Assembly: GCA_963824385.1 (NCBI GenBank)
Contig: CAWGPD010000002.1
Location: 192,001 to 256,000, forward strand
Origin: an uncultured Nitrososphaerota archaeon
GTDB lineage: Archaea; Thermoproteota; Nitrososphaeria; Nitrososphaerales; Nitrosopumilaceae
Reading direction: 5' to 3'
Length of the DNA: 64,000 nt
Position numbers and translations under genes: made by a program
Notes under the pieces: model-generated
Databases searched by the model: none
What the model was told of the DNA's origin: nothing
Seen by the model: only the letters and a program-made list of their open reading frames with translations
Part shown: positions 1 through 10,548 of the stretch, in pieces
Layout of the letters: each line of letters begins with the position of its first letter
Position numbering within the stretch: the stretch's first letter is position 1

Positions 1-380
1 ATACTGTAAGATGAGGATTTGATAGCGATACCTTGGATCCCCATCTATTTTTGAGCACTTGTCCTACTTGTTTTTCTAATAAAGATGGACTAATCTTTCT
101 TGATGACAAATTTATTGTTCTACAGACAAATGACAGAGGTTTTGGTATGGGCGGATCAATCTTTGATATATCATCAAAGGTATCTATAATATTTCCAGAA
201 TTTCTGACAAATGTTGCTCTACTTGATATTTTTTTCCATGACACTTTGGATTTTAGTATAACCAGTCTTGGTTCTGAGCTTGATTTTGTTTTAGGATCAT
301 AAGCTTTTTGATATTGAAATAACTTCATCTCTTGCAAGGTCTTCATATTGACCTGGTAATACAAAGAAGCTTTGCAACAT
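1..380 (-). CDS. N-terminal (THUMP-containing) part of a Trm11-like tRNA methyltransferase; runs off the window; +1 frameshift near 305
   Basis: Read by hand from ATG at 380: MLQSFFVLPGQYEDLARDEVISISK, then after one extra A, AYDPK...SFVCRTINLSS...LEKQVGQVLKNRWGSKVSLSNPHLTV (THUMP-like). Abuts the prs stop codon. Confidence 0.55.
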
Positions 381-1257
381 TCAGATTATAGCCTTTGCAA
401 TTATTGACGAGACATCTACAAGAGATGTCTTGTTTGGTATGGTATTGGTGCTGATTATCTTTGTTACTCCAGATTTTATTATATTTTTTTCTGCGTCTCC
501 GATCATCAAAGCATGTGTACAACATGCATAAATTTTACCACTTTTTTGTTTCTTTAAAAATTCTGCCGCCTTGGCAATACTTCCTCCAGTACTTATCATA
601 TCATCAACTATTATCATGTCCCTTCCTTTTACTCCATCATATTTTTTTGTCTTGATCTCTACTTTGCCAGTTTTTCTATCTCGATGTTTTTCTAGAGCAA
701 TAAAATCAACACCAAGAAGATTTGCAAAATTTTTAGCCCTTTCTATTCCTCCCTTATCTGGTGAGACAACAAGAGGATCATTAAGTGATAATTTTTTGAA
801 ATACTTGACCAATTCTTCTATTGCACTGACATTTTTTGCAGGAATCTGTAGTTGTTTTAATGCAGTAATGCTGTGAATATCTACAACAATTATCTTGGTT
901 GCACCAGCCGCCTTGAACATTTTTGCAACAAGTTCCATGGTAATTATTTCACCAGGCAGAAATTGTCTATCTTGTCTTGCATATCCCATGTATGGAATTA
1001 CTGCATAAACTTGAGAGGAACAAGATCGTGCTTGTGAGACAATAGTGAAACTGCGAATTAGATTAGAATCAACTGGAGGATAAATTGACTGGACCACTAT
1101 TATTTTCCCCTTTGGCTTGTCCTTGAGAGTAATCTTGCTTTCTCCATCTGGGAATACTCGTAATTCACATCCAACAAACTTTGATTTTAATTTAGAAGTC
1201 TATTCTTTTTGCTAGTTGTTCTGAAGATGGGCCTCCAATAACTGTAAAAGCAGTCAT
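381..1257 (-). CDS. prs: Ribose-phosphate pyrophosphokinase; apparent +1 frameshift at ~1199
   Basis: Motifs PYMGYARQDR, VVSPDKGG and IIVDDMISTGGS. The missing N-terminus (MTAFTVIGGPSS...RVFPDGES) lies upstream from ATG at 1257 across one inserted base. Confidence 0.95.
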
Positions 1258-1446
1258 CAATCAAATCGAGCCTTGAGCTATTCTTAAGTTTTGAGGGGAA
1301 GTAATCTACATGGAAAATTTTGCCCTTAAAAATAGCGGGGGTATGGACACAACTTTTTGATTTGACTAGCTATGAAAATTATAATGAAAAGACAGGGTAT
1401 AATTCTATAACGCTAATTTAATCAAGATATCTAAAGTATAACGGAT

Positions 1447-2205
1447 GTGAATATTTCACGATTAATAGTTGGATATATCTATGACCCGTTTATAGTTTGG
1501 GCCATTTTTTTCAGCATTCTCATTAATCTTGCTTTTATTTCTGCAATTGAAGACTTTGTTAAATGGATCTTGGAAAGCCAAATTTATCTGGTTATTTTTA
1601 CCACTTCTTTTGTATTTTCATATTTTAGACAAACATATCCGCTATACAAAAAAATCAAAGATATCAAAAAAGCCAAACTTCATGATAAATGGGTAGTGCC
1701 ACGAATAATGTCTGACAAAGTAGTACTTGACATGTTGCTGTGGTTAGGTGGCGGTGTTTTGTTTTTTGCTGAGCTTATGATGAGTTTTGGTGCATTGGAT
1801 CATAATGCAATTGCTAACAAGATGACATATTCTCAACTAGAGTCAGAACTCCCCATTTTGGGTTTTGTTTGCATCCCTCTCATATCTACTTATTACAATA
1901 TGCGTCTTGATAATTATCTCAAAAAACTTGAAATCAAACTTGAAAAAATTAATTCTGAGACAATTGGCCCATTACTCATTATGACATTCTTTATGACATT
2001 AAGTGTATGTAGCAACACAAAATTTTTTTGCCCATTACTAGTCTCTGATAAATCTTCCACTGGAAACGCATATAAAAATAAAGGTCATGCACAATACCCT
2101 AGTAACTCTCGCACAGGTTTAAAGAACAGAATTTACATCATAGAACAATGCAAACCAGAATTGTCTCCTTTCTTCCTAGTGCAACTGAAATATTATACGA
2201 GCTAG
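1447..2205 (+). CDS. Hypothetical multi-pass membrane protein; true 3' end probably earlier (~2050)
   Basis: About 5 hydrophobic segments. The C-terminal ~60 aa look non-coding and overlap the next gene and its likely promoter. Confidence 0.55.
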   Translation: MNISRLIVGYIYDPFIVWAIFFSILINLAFISAIEDFVKWILESQIYLVIFTTSFVFSYFRQTYPLYKKIKDIKKAKLHDKWVVPRIMSDKVVLDMLLWLGGGVLFFAELMMSFGALDHNAIANKMTYSQLESELPILGFVCIPLISTYYNMRLDNYLKKLEIKLEKINSETIGPLLIMTFFMTLSVCSNTKFFCPLLVSDKSSTGNAYKNKGHAQYPSNSRTGLKNRIYIIEQCKPELSPFFLVQLKYYTS

Positions 2206-3068
2206 GGGCAGGAGACCAAGTTCTAGCTGTTACCCATGAGTGCAATTATCCTACAGACGCCAAAACAAAACCCAAAGTAATTCATGCCTCATTTGATCCA
2301 GAGAAAATGTCAAGTAAAGAAATTGACAATAAAGTAATAGATCTAGTACATACGGGAAAAGACATTTACATTTTAGATGAACAAGTACTACAAAAAGCAA
2401 ATCCAGAACTTATTGTAGCACAGGGAATATGCGAAGTGTGTTCTCCATATACTAGCGAAATTAACAGAGCAGTAGAATTGCTTGGAGGAAAAACCGAAGT
2501 TCTAATTTTAGATCCCAGTAACTTGGATGATATATTACAAGATATAATTAAAATAGGAAATAAAATTGGAAGACAAGAAAAGGCAAGAGACTTTGTTATA
2601 CAATTACAAAAGAGAATAGATTACATCAAAAATATTCAAAAAATATCACGACCCAAGGTACTTTGCATAGAATGGCTAGATCCATTGTTTACAGCTGGTC
2701 ATTGGGTTCCTCAGATGGTAGAGATGGCAGGTGGTATAAATGGAATAAGTTCTACAGGAGATAAATCAAGAAGAATGGAGGTTGATGAGATAATAAAATT
2801 TGATCCTGATATTCTAGTACTAATGCCGTGTGGATTTGATGTCAAGAGAACTATACTAGAGTATGACAAGTTACTTGAAAATGAAAATTGGAGTTCACTC
2901 AAGGCAGTAAAACAAGGTGAGGTCTATGCGGTAAATTCAAATGAATATTTTAGCAAACCTGGACCAAGAACAGTTGTAGGTCTTGAGATTTTAGCCAAGA
3001 TAATTCATCCAGATACATTTCGGGATATACACATTCCAAAACAATCCCTTCAAAAAATTGAATGCTAA
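2148..3068 (+). CDS. Cobalamin/Fe-siderophore ABC substrate-binding protein (BtuF-like)
   Basis: RIVSFLPSATEILYELG, THECNYP, EWLDPLFTAGHWVP and FSKPGPR motifs. Confidence 0.85.
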   Translation: MQTRIVSFLPSATEILYELGAGDQVLAVTHECNYPTDAKTKPKVIHASFDPEKMSSKEIDNKVIDLVHTGKDIYILDEQVLQKANPELIVAQGICEVCSPYTSEINRAVELLGGKTEVLILDPSNLDDILQDIIKIGNKIGRQEKARDFVIQLQKRIDYIKNIQKISRPKVLCIEWLDPLFTAGHWVPQMVEMAGGINGISSTGDKSRRMEVDEIIKFDPDILVLMPCGFDVKRTILEYDKLLENENWSSLKAVKQGEVYAVNSNEYFSKPGPRTVVGLEILAKIIHPDTFRDIHIPKQSLQKIEC

Positions 3069-3080
3069 ATAATAAAACAG

Positions 3081-3116
3081 TTGCATCCTCACAGGGTAGC
3101 TGTATTGAGGATGCAA
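3081..3116. other. 11-bp perfect inverted repeat just downstream of the btuF-like gene
   Basis: ttgcatcctca (3081-3091) pairs with tgaggatgcaa (3106-3116), with an inner cag/ctg. Confidence 0.5.
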
Positions 3117-3304
3117 TCTATGATATTGATTATTATACTAAACTTGATTTATTTATCTAAGCTCTAACTTTTACTTTCTTATTCTAAAATCTTAGAATCA
3201 TCTGTATTACTCTCTAAAACAATAATTCAAAATACTAATTGAATCTAAAAATGAATTTTATGACATAAAAAATTTCAAATTAGGCTTAAAAGTTAGGTAG
3301 TGTA

Positions 3305-4144
3305 TTGGACCTAGTATTTTCTGACATCCATGCTGATATCAATGCGCTTGATCTGATAATTGATACTGTATCAAGTGAAGAATTTATAAAAAAATATGGC
3401 TCTTTCTCTAGAATCATCAATCTAGGTGATTTGCTTGAGCGTGGCATTTACCCAAAACAAGTCATATCAAAACTAAAATCACTTGAGAAAAATTATCCAA
3501 TTTTCTCTGTAGTGGGAAATCATGATGAAGGATTCCTAAGCGGTAAAAAAGTTAGTGCCAGTTCTTTTGAAAGTATGGATGCACATGAAAAACTCAATGA
3601 TGAAGATCTTTCCTTCTTTAAGAAAAATAGTGATGGAACATTTGGTAACCAAGAGTATATTGATACAAAGAATGGTCTTTTTTGCGTTCATGGAGGACCA
3701 TTGGACCCAAAGAAAATAACTCCTAGAAATGCTGACAATGAAGCTTGGCTCTATCAAAGAAATTGGCAGCGACTTACTGATGAAGGCTTTGAATTCTTTA
3801 GCTATCATGGATATCATTACAAGGCATCATCTGCTTTTAATGAGGTTGGAAAACATGTTAACAATCACATCATACTGTGTGGACATCAGCATATGGAGAC
3901 GGCAATAACTAGTAGGGGAGGTAAAATTCATGATATATACTCCAAGATCAAGCCAAAAAAAGAAATGATCTCTGGGCATATATTGGAAAGTAAAGAAATT
4001 GATATAGATCAAACCAGCAACTATCTAATCAGATTAGGATTGGGAGGACCTGCAGGATATTATGGTGTAGGTTCATCTGTTCCACATTTTGCTATAATCC
4101 AATACAACCCCAAAAAAGTAATACTATTTACAGTAAACCCTTGA
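3305..4144 (+). CDS. Calcineurin-like metallophosphoesterase
   Basis: SDIH, LGDLL, GNHD, VHGG and GHQH motifs. Confidence 0.9.
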   Translation: MDLVFSDIHADINALDLIIDTVSSEEFIKKYGSFSRIINLGDLLERGIYPKQVISKLKSLEKNYPIFSVVGNHDEGFLSGKKVSASSFESMDAHEKLNDEDLSFFKKNSDGTFGNQEYIDTKNGLFCVHGGPLDPKKITPRNADNEAWLYQRNWQRLTDEGFEFFSYHGYHYKASSAFNEVGKHVNNHIILCGHQHMETAITSRGGKIHDIYSKIKPKKEMISGHILESKEIDIDQTSNYLIRLGLGGPAGYYGVGSSVPHFAIIQYNPKKVILFTVNP

Positions 4145-4162
4145 AATATTAACAGAAATATA

Positions 4163-4705
4163 ATGAGCGGAACTGATATTCTAAGAAACGATCACAGGCA
4201 GATACGTAGACTAGAAAAAGTAATTGTCAAATGTTATACTCAACTCTATGAAGGCAAAGATATTCCATTTTCTGATATTGAAATAATGGTGTTAATCATG
4301 TCAGAATTTCTGGATGCAGTACATTATGCAAGAGAAGAAGACCAGTATTTTCCATGCGTTGTAACATATGATTCTCTAAAACAAGAGATCCGAGCATTTA
4401 TGATTGAACATGAATTTGGAAGAAGAATGGCATCCAATGTTTCAAAATATTTACAACAGTGGAAATCCGGAGAAAACCAAAGAGAGTCAGTTGCAAGATT
4501 TCTAAAGGCGTATGCAGTAAACCTTGACGAACATCTAACTAAGGAAGATAAATTCTTTGATATTGCAGAAAATCAAGTTCTATCCCAAGACGAAGAAAAA
4601 ATGATGTATGAAGAATTTCGAGCAGTGACTGCAGTTATTACAAAACTTGATGAGATGATAAAGTCAATAGATTATCTAGAGACTACGCCTTGGATGAAGA
4701 ACTAG
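4163..4705 (+). CDS. Hemerythrin/HHE cation-binding protein
   Basis: LRNDH, HYAREE..YFP, EHE.GR and H...ED motifs. Confidence 0.88.
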   Translation: MSGTDILRNDHRQIRRLEKVIVKCYTQLYEGKDIPFSDIEIMVLIMSEFLDAVHYAREEDQYFPCVVTYDSLKQEIRAFMIEHEFGRRMASNVSKYLQQWKSGENQRESVARFLKAYAVNLDEHLTKEDKFFDIAENQVLSQDEEKMMYEEFRAVTAVITKLDEMIKSIDYLETTPWMKN

Positions 4706-4838
4706 TTCTCAAAGACTGATCTTACTCTTGGATAAACAGAGACTTCTTGTTCTGATGTGAATTTTTGTTGCATATTTATTCATGGGATGCATAATTATTA
4801 TATATCATCACCATAGTATGATAACTAAACATACTAAC

Positions 4839-5583
4839 ATGAGCAATATAGTAAATCTCCGTATACACATAGCGCCTGTTGGCTTTGAAATAGATAGAAT
4901 AGCAATTCCTGCTAAACAGATGAAAGCAGACCGAGTATGGCTCATCATGCATGAAGAACCATCAAAGGATAGGGCACAAGGTTTTATGGAGAAAATTAAG
5001 ACGCAGCTGAAAAAAAGAAAAGATCGAAGTACAAATTGCACACTCTAACAGATTTGATCTTTTCAAAATCTTAAGAGCATTAAAAGAAATTGTACAAAAA
5101 GAGGAAGGTAATGATATTTTTGTTAACTGTTCCTCGGGATCAAAAATTCAGGCAATTGCATGCATGATGGCATGCATGATGTTTCAGGGAAAGACAAAAC
5201 TTACACCATATTATGCAGAACCAGAAAGTTACTCTAGTGTAAAAGGAGAACAACTATCATTAGGCCTTAAATCAGTTGTAAAATTACCCGCTTACGAAAT
5301 TCATACCCCCAAGCCAGTTTTGGTACAAGCTTTGAAAATAATACAAGAAAATGGAGGCAAAATTACTAAAAAAGAAATGGCAAAGATTGCATACGAAAAA
5401 AAACTTGTTATCGTAAATGCAAGGGAAGAGAATTTTCAGCAAGCTAGATTTGCAAGTCTTGACAAAAACATTATCCAGCCACTCCTAAATGAATGGAAGT
5501 TTATAGAAGTTGAAAGAATTGGAAGGACTAGGTGGATAAAAATAACACCTGAAGGACTAGGAGCGGTAGAGTTTCTTGGCTAA
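4839..5583 (+). CDS. DUF6293/HFX_2341-type regulator (CARF-like Rossmann domain plus winged HTH); +1 frameshift at ~5012
   Basis: RIHIAPVGFEIDRI N-terminus, VNCSSGSKIQAIA motif, and wHTH ending GRTRWIKIT.EG. The two track ORFs join on removing one A from an A7 run. Confidence 0.8.
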
Positions 5584-5801
5584 CCACGTGTGGCAAGCTC
5601 AGGTTTGAGAGTCCAAGCAATACCCATTGCAGTGAAAGGTATGGCAATTATTAGTGCTATTTCCAAATAGGTTTTGAATTGTTCGGATTGCTGAGGAGTT
5701 GGATTAGAGCCCACTAGGAAAGGTACAGGTAATGCAGAGGCAAACCAAATAATTGAAAGCATAATGACTATCTTAAGAGTACGTTTCCTTTTTGGAGTCA
5801 T
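5580..5801 (-). CDS. Small two-TM hypothetical protein
   Basis: 73-aa ORF with two hydrophobic helices. Confidence 0.6.
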   Translation of the reverse strand: MTPKRKRTLKIVIMLSIIWFASALPVPFLVGSNPTPQQSEQFKTYLEIALIIAIPFTAMGIAWTLKPELATRG

Positions 5802-5843
5802 GGTATAGTCTTAGACTAGGTTCTATTAATTTGATTAGGGTGA

Positions 5844-6588
5844 TTATTTTGTTATAGCACCCCCATCTATGGGTAAAATTGCACCAGTGATCCATGAGGA
5901 ATCTTCTGAAACAAGATAAAGTATAGCCTTTGCAACGTCTTCTGGGACTCCTATTCTTCCAATTGGATGCTCTGCCACTGCCATTGATCTATCAATTTCA
6001 TTTCCAAGATATGGTTGCGTCATATCGGTCTCCACAATTCCAGGACAAACACAATTTACGCGTATTTTATACTTGGCGTACTCTATTGCCCATGCCTTTG
6101 TAAGCAAGACCAATGCTCCTTTTGAAGCAGTATACGCATCTGCTTCAAAATTTTCAAATGATTTCAATCCTGCATCTGATGAAACATTAACAATACAACC
6201 ACCTGTTTTCATCAAATGTGGTATCACAGACTTTTGTGAAACGAAATTGTCCGGTCAAGTTTACATCTATTACTTCATTCCATTCTTCTTCGGAAATTTC
6301 ATGTAGAGGTTTTACTTTAGGAAAAATACCTGCATTATTTACTAGAATATCGATTTTACCAAAATGCTCCAGAGTACTTTTTACTACATTTTCTACATCG
6401 GTTGTCTTTCGAATATCACCAACAATTGCAATAGCATTTTTTATTTCTTTTACTGCATTTTCAAGATTCGTTTTATCCTTTGATGTAATTACAACATCTG
6501 CACCATGTTGTGCAAGTAAAATTGCGGTAGATTTTCCAATTCCTCTACTACCACCAGTAACAATTGCGACTTTACCGGAGAGTTTCAT
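5844..6588 (-). CDS. SDR family oxidoreductase (FabG-like); +1 frameshift at ~6230
   Basis: TGGSRGIG, NNAG and YTASK motifs, split across two ORFs. Confidence 0.9.
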
Positions 6589-6831
6589 CTATTCTAAATT
6601 TGTACATTGTATAGATTAGTTTGTCGAGGATAAAATCTTAAAATCTTCATTATTGACGAATCATCAAAAAGGTATATTGCACTGATATCGTGATTGCAAG
6701 TTGTGCAAGGGTTTTTTATAATATTTTAGTAAAATACTATAGAAACATGAAAAAATATATGTAAAATGATAAATATGATGATGTATTATACATTATAATG
6801 CAGAATGATGCAAAATCTACTGCTTAAACGA

Positions 6832-6920
6832 GCGTGGCTCCGTAGACTGAAATAATAGAATCCGCACTTGGGTGAGGATAAAAGAGGTAATCTCTACTTG
6901 TCTACGAACAAGAGCCACGC
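6832..6920. ncRNA. Candidate structured RNA (multibranch) downstream of tfb
   Basis: gcgtggctc/gagccacgc and cgtagac/gtctacg stems enclose two small hairpins. GC-rich island in AT-rich DNA. Confidence 0.45.
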
Positions 6921-7024
6921 CATTAAATTTCAAAATACTGTATAGTGAAAATTATTTTTTGATCAAGAATTTTTAAATTAAGAAATAATTTTGAATTGAA
7001 GAGATTAAATTTTTTATAAAAAGT

Positions 7025-7939
7025 TTAGAGCTTGAGAGATTCTTTTAATCCCTTGTATCTATTTCTGATTGTTACCTCAGTTACTCCTGCGGCTTGTGCA
7101 ACATCTTTCTGTGTTTTGTTTTCTCCATTCATAACACATGACAAATACAATGCAGCAGCTGCAAGTCCCATTGGATCCTTTCCTGCAGAAATCTCAATTT
7201 CTGCAGCATCTTTTAGGATCTGAAGAGCTCTTCTTTTTGTTTTCTCACTCAAACCAGCTTTACTTGCAATTCTTGCAACACATTTTATTGGATCAACAAC
7301 TGGCATTTTCAAATCAAGTTCTCGCAACAAAAGTCTGTAACATCTTGCAACATCTTTTCGTTTAATATTGATTCCATTTGCAACATCAGTAAGTGTTCTT
7401 GGAGTTTCAGTATCTCTACATGCTGCATACAATGCAGCAGCTACAAGTCCTGGAATTGATCTGCCTCTGACAAGGCCTTTGTCAAGTGCCTTTCTGTAAA
7501 TATAAGCAGTTTTTTCAATTACTGCATCAGATAATGCAAGTTTGTCTTTTAATCTATCAAGCTCACTGAAAGCTTGTCTAAAGTTTCTATCAACTGGCTC
7601 ATGAACTTGACTTCTGCTATCCCAAGTTCTCAATCTCTCAATTGTACTTTTCATAGATGCAGAAAGTGGTTTTCCAGATGCATCTTTGTCGGCAGGACCA
7701 ATTATTGTTGCAAGTCCCATATCATGCATTGCTAGTGAAGTTGGAGTTCCAGTTCTACTTCGATCTTCGTGTTCCTCTTTAGAAAATGATCTCCATTCTG
7801 GACCAGATTCTTCTACACGTTCAGTAAGTACAAAACCGCAACCTCCACAAAACATTTCTCCTGTAGTATTATCAGTTACCATTGGACCTTTTCCACAACG
7901 AGGACAACGTCCGCCGCCACCAAAAGATTCGCGAGCCAT
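7025..7939 (-). CDS. tfb: Transcription initiation factor IIB
   Basis: Zn ribbon CPRC...CGGCG, GPEWRSF, two cyclin repeats and VTEVTIRNRYK. ATG at 7939. Confidence 0.97.
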   Translation of the reverse strand: MARESFGGGGRCPRCGKGPMVTDNTTGEMFCGGCGFVLTERVEESGPEWRSFSKEEHEDRSRTGTPTSLAMHDMGLATIIGPADKDASGKPLSASMKSTIERLRTWDSRSQVHEPVDRNFRQAFSELDRLKDKLALSDAVIEKTAYIYRKALDKGLVRGRSIPGLVAAALYAACRDTETPRTLTDVANGINIKRKDVARCYRLLLRELDLKMPVVDPIKCVARIASKAGLSEKTKRRALQILKDAAEIEISAGKDPMGLAAAALYLSCVMNGENKTQKDVAQAAGVTEVTIRNRYKGLKESLKL

Positions 7940-8275
7940 TTTATATCTTATAAGAATTTCGGTTAACATAGATAAAAAGGTTTAACTATGAGTAGGAATT
8001 GTAGAATTTATTAAAATTTAATAAGAATCTTATGGAAATTGTAATAATTACATTCTAAATATATAGAAATTATAATTTATGGATTACATTCTTTTTGGAA
8101 TAATCTATTTTTTTTGAATTAATGATTGTTCTAAATTTATTTATCTTGGGACATCTCAATACTATTTTAATTTATTAAATATTATAATTATTTTTCAAAA
8201 AATTATTTCAAAATTATTTGCGGTCTGATGCAAAACCTTAAATACATTTTCTTTGAAGAAGCGATACTAAATAAA

Positions 8276-8386
8276 ATGGAACAATGTCCACTTTGTTGTG
8301 AATTTCAGCAGTCGAATCAGGCGCTGACAATTCACCTAAAGAAAATCCATCCACAGAGAAATACTGCAATTCAGATAATGCGATAA
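8276..8386 (+). CDS. 36-aa C2H2 zinc-finger microprotein (not in the ORF track)
   Basis: MEQCPLCCEFQQSNQALTIHLKKIHPQRNTAIQIMR fits C-x2-C-x12-H-x4-H. TATA-like ttaaata lies ~35 bp upstream. Confidence 0.7.
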   Translation: MEQCPLCCEFQQSNQALTIHLKKIHPQRNTAIQIMR

Positions 8387-8500
8387 ATCTCTGTGCGGGG
8401 ATAGGCGTAGGATATATCCAATCGAGGTTATCCACGAATTTTTGGTTTTTTATTAAAAATAGAGAAAAGTGTATGCTGAATTGAATGTAAACCATTTGTC

Positions 8501-8546
8501 AGCTAAATTTAGCACACTGTTAACCGTATTTCACACCTGAAATTAA
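8501..8546 (+). promoter_or_regulatory. Upstream element of the first cdvB paralog (palindrome GCTAAATTTAGC, TGT-N12-ACA, TATA-like attaa)
   Basis: Same blocks at identical offsets as upstream of the second cdvB paralog (39701). Confidence 0.65.
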
Positions 8547-8570
8547 AAACCAATTAATTTAGTGATATTC

Positions 8571-9210
8571 ATGACATCATTTGGAAATAACTGGCAAAAA
8601 CCACAAACACCAAGCATTGGTGAAAAATTTCATGATGCAATAAAGCCACAAGGAGCATTAAAACCAAGACTGGAGAATGGTGTAAAACGACTCCAGACTC
8701 AAATTGGAAAACTTGATGGAATGATTACAAAACTAAAACAAAAAGATGCAAAGTTATTCCAAAGAATTGTAATTGCAACACAAAATCATGATATGGTTGC
8801 AAGTAAGGTTTTATCAAAAGAATTATCTGAAGTTAGAAAAGTAACAAAACTTTTAGGAAATGCTCGAATTGCTCTAGAACAGATTGAGCCTAGACTTACC
8901 ACATTCCACGACTTGGGAGATACTGTGGTAACTATAATGCCAACAATAGGTTTGATGAAAAACCTAAGATCCTCGCTTGTTAAATTTATGCCTGAAGCAG
9001 ACCATGAGACTAACTGGAATGACCGAAATGCTAGGTGGTCTTATGACTGATACATTCCACAGTGGAGACTTTGGAGTTGACTCTGAGGCTACAAGTGAAG
9101 AATCAGAAAAGATTCTTCAAGAAGCTTCAGCAGTTGCAGAGGCAGCAGTCAACGACAAACTACCTTCTATGCCTGTGGGTCAATCTTCCTCCTCGACCCG
9201 TTACGTCTAG
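8571..9210 (+). CDS. cdvB: ESCRT-III/Snf7 (CdvB-family) paralog; +1 frameshift at ~9009
   Basis: KPQGALKPRL, ALEQI..RLTTFHDLGD and SEESEKILQEA; clearly paralogous to 39771..40412. Confidence 0.9.
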
Positions 9211-10473
9211 ACTACCTTGTGTGATAATCTGTAGCGGAAATATATCTGGAATAAGACTAGTGACACTACTAGTATAACTGAAGCAGAAATGAACATAGTT
9301 GCATATCCTAGGAATTTTGTTAGCTCACCAGTTACAAGTGAACCAACAAATATTCCAACTCCTGTTACTGCACTATTTACCCCTAGATACTTTCCTTCAA
9401 ATCCTTGTGGAATACTCTTGAAAAATATAACCGAACTAGATGTACTAAAAATTGAAAATCCGATTACCATTAGACAAGCTGATGCTATTGTCATTGCAAA
9501 TCCAGATATTCCTGTCAGGAAAAGTAATGAAACAGCAGGAATAGCTACTGCTAAAATTCGTGGTATGTATGCTAATATCGTTGACCTTTCTTCTCCAAAC
9601 TTTGATATTATTTTTGGAGCAATAAAGAAAACCAATAGCATCAGCTACAGTTTGAATCATATAGTTTAGAAATACATCGGAGTTTGAAAAATTTTGATTT
9701 TTCAAAAATGGCGTCCAGGCAGTAAAGTAAATGTTACTGCCAAAATAGAAAAAAAATGACGCCAAATAAAATATGCCTATCTCATGACTTATCTTTCCTC
9801 TAAATATTGTAGTTATGTGTCTAAAATCATATGCCTCCAGGGCCTTTGGAAAGACAAAATGATAGTTGCTAATTGAATAACGCAGACCATGTAAAGAGTG
9901 TGCAATACTGCTTCTCTCAAGATGGATTCCATCACCTTTTACGGCTGTACTTAAAATCATAGATGCACCACTTGATGCAGCACATATTAGAAAATATGGT
10001 CTAATATCAAAATTAAAACTTCCAACTGTTCCAATAGCCATGGCTATTAGCATTCCAATAGTACCAATAACTGATGTACGCGCAAACAACCAACTCCAGA
10101 GATTTTTTTGTACTGATTCCATTACAAGAAGCTGTGTAACTGGACTTTTTGCTACTAGAAAAAAACCAAGAATTGTTGCTAATCCATAAAGAATGTAAAT
10201 TGAATTGGTAAGATACATTCCAAGACAACAAAGTAAAACAAAAAAGGATGAAAGAACAAGTATTGATCTCTTAGCATGAAATCTATCAATTATTCTACCC
10301 CACGCAAGTGAACCTATTGCTACAGATCCATTCTGAAGTGCAGATATTATAGCTACTTCACCTATGTTGCCCCCCAGAAAGATCACGTATAGTGGAATTA
10401 CAGTGCTTAATCCTTGAGCAGTAATCTGTGATGGTAACAAATACCATATCCATCGTTTAGCTTTGAGTTGCAT
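9207..10473 (-). CDS. MFS transporter; frameshift at ~9645
   Basis: About 12 TM helices over two ORFs; MFS motif-A-like GRIIDRFHAK. Confidence 0.85.
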
Positions 10474-10487
10474 CTTTCTAGATAATC

Positions 10488-10501
10488 AACGGCTAGCCGT
10501 T
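10488..10501. promoter_or_regulatory. Perfect 14-bp palindrome between a TATA-like box and the MFS start (candidate operator)
   Basis: aacggctagccgtt is self-complementary. A minus-strand ttataca lies immediately upstream. Confidence 0.5.
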
Positions 10502-10548
10502 ATTGTATAATGCATTTGAAAAATCTCCATAGTTTTGTCTATCTTTGT

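Noticed and set aside
6832..6920. Hammerhead ribozyme or tRNA
   Set aside because: It lacks the CUGANGA/GAAA core arrangement and has no cloverleaf or T-loop consensus.
8238..8495. 85-aa minus-strand ORF
   Set aside because: It has no recognisable features and overlaps the better-supported + strand zinc-finger ORF.
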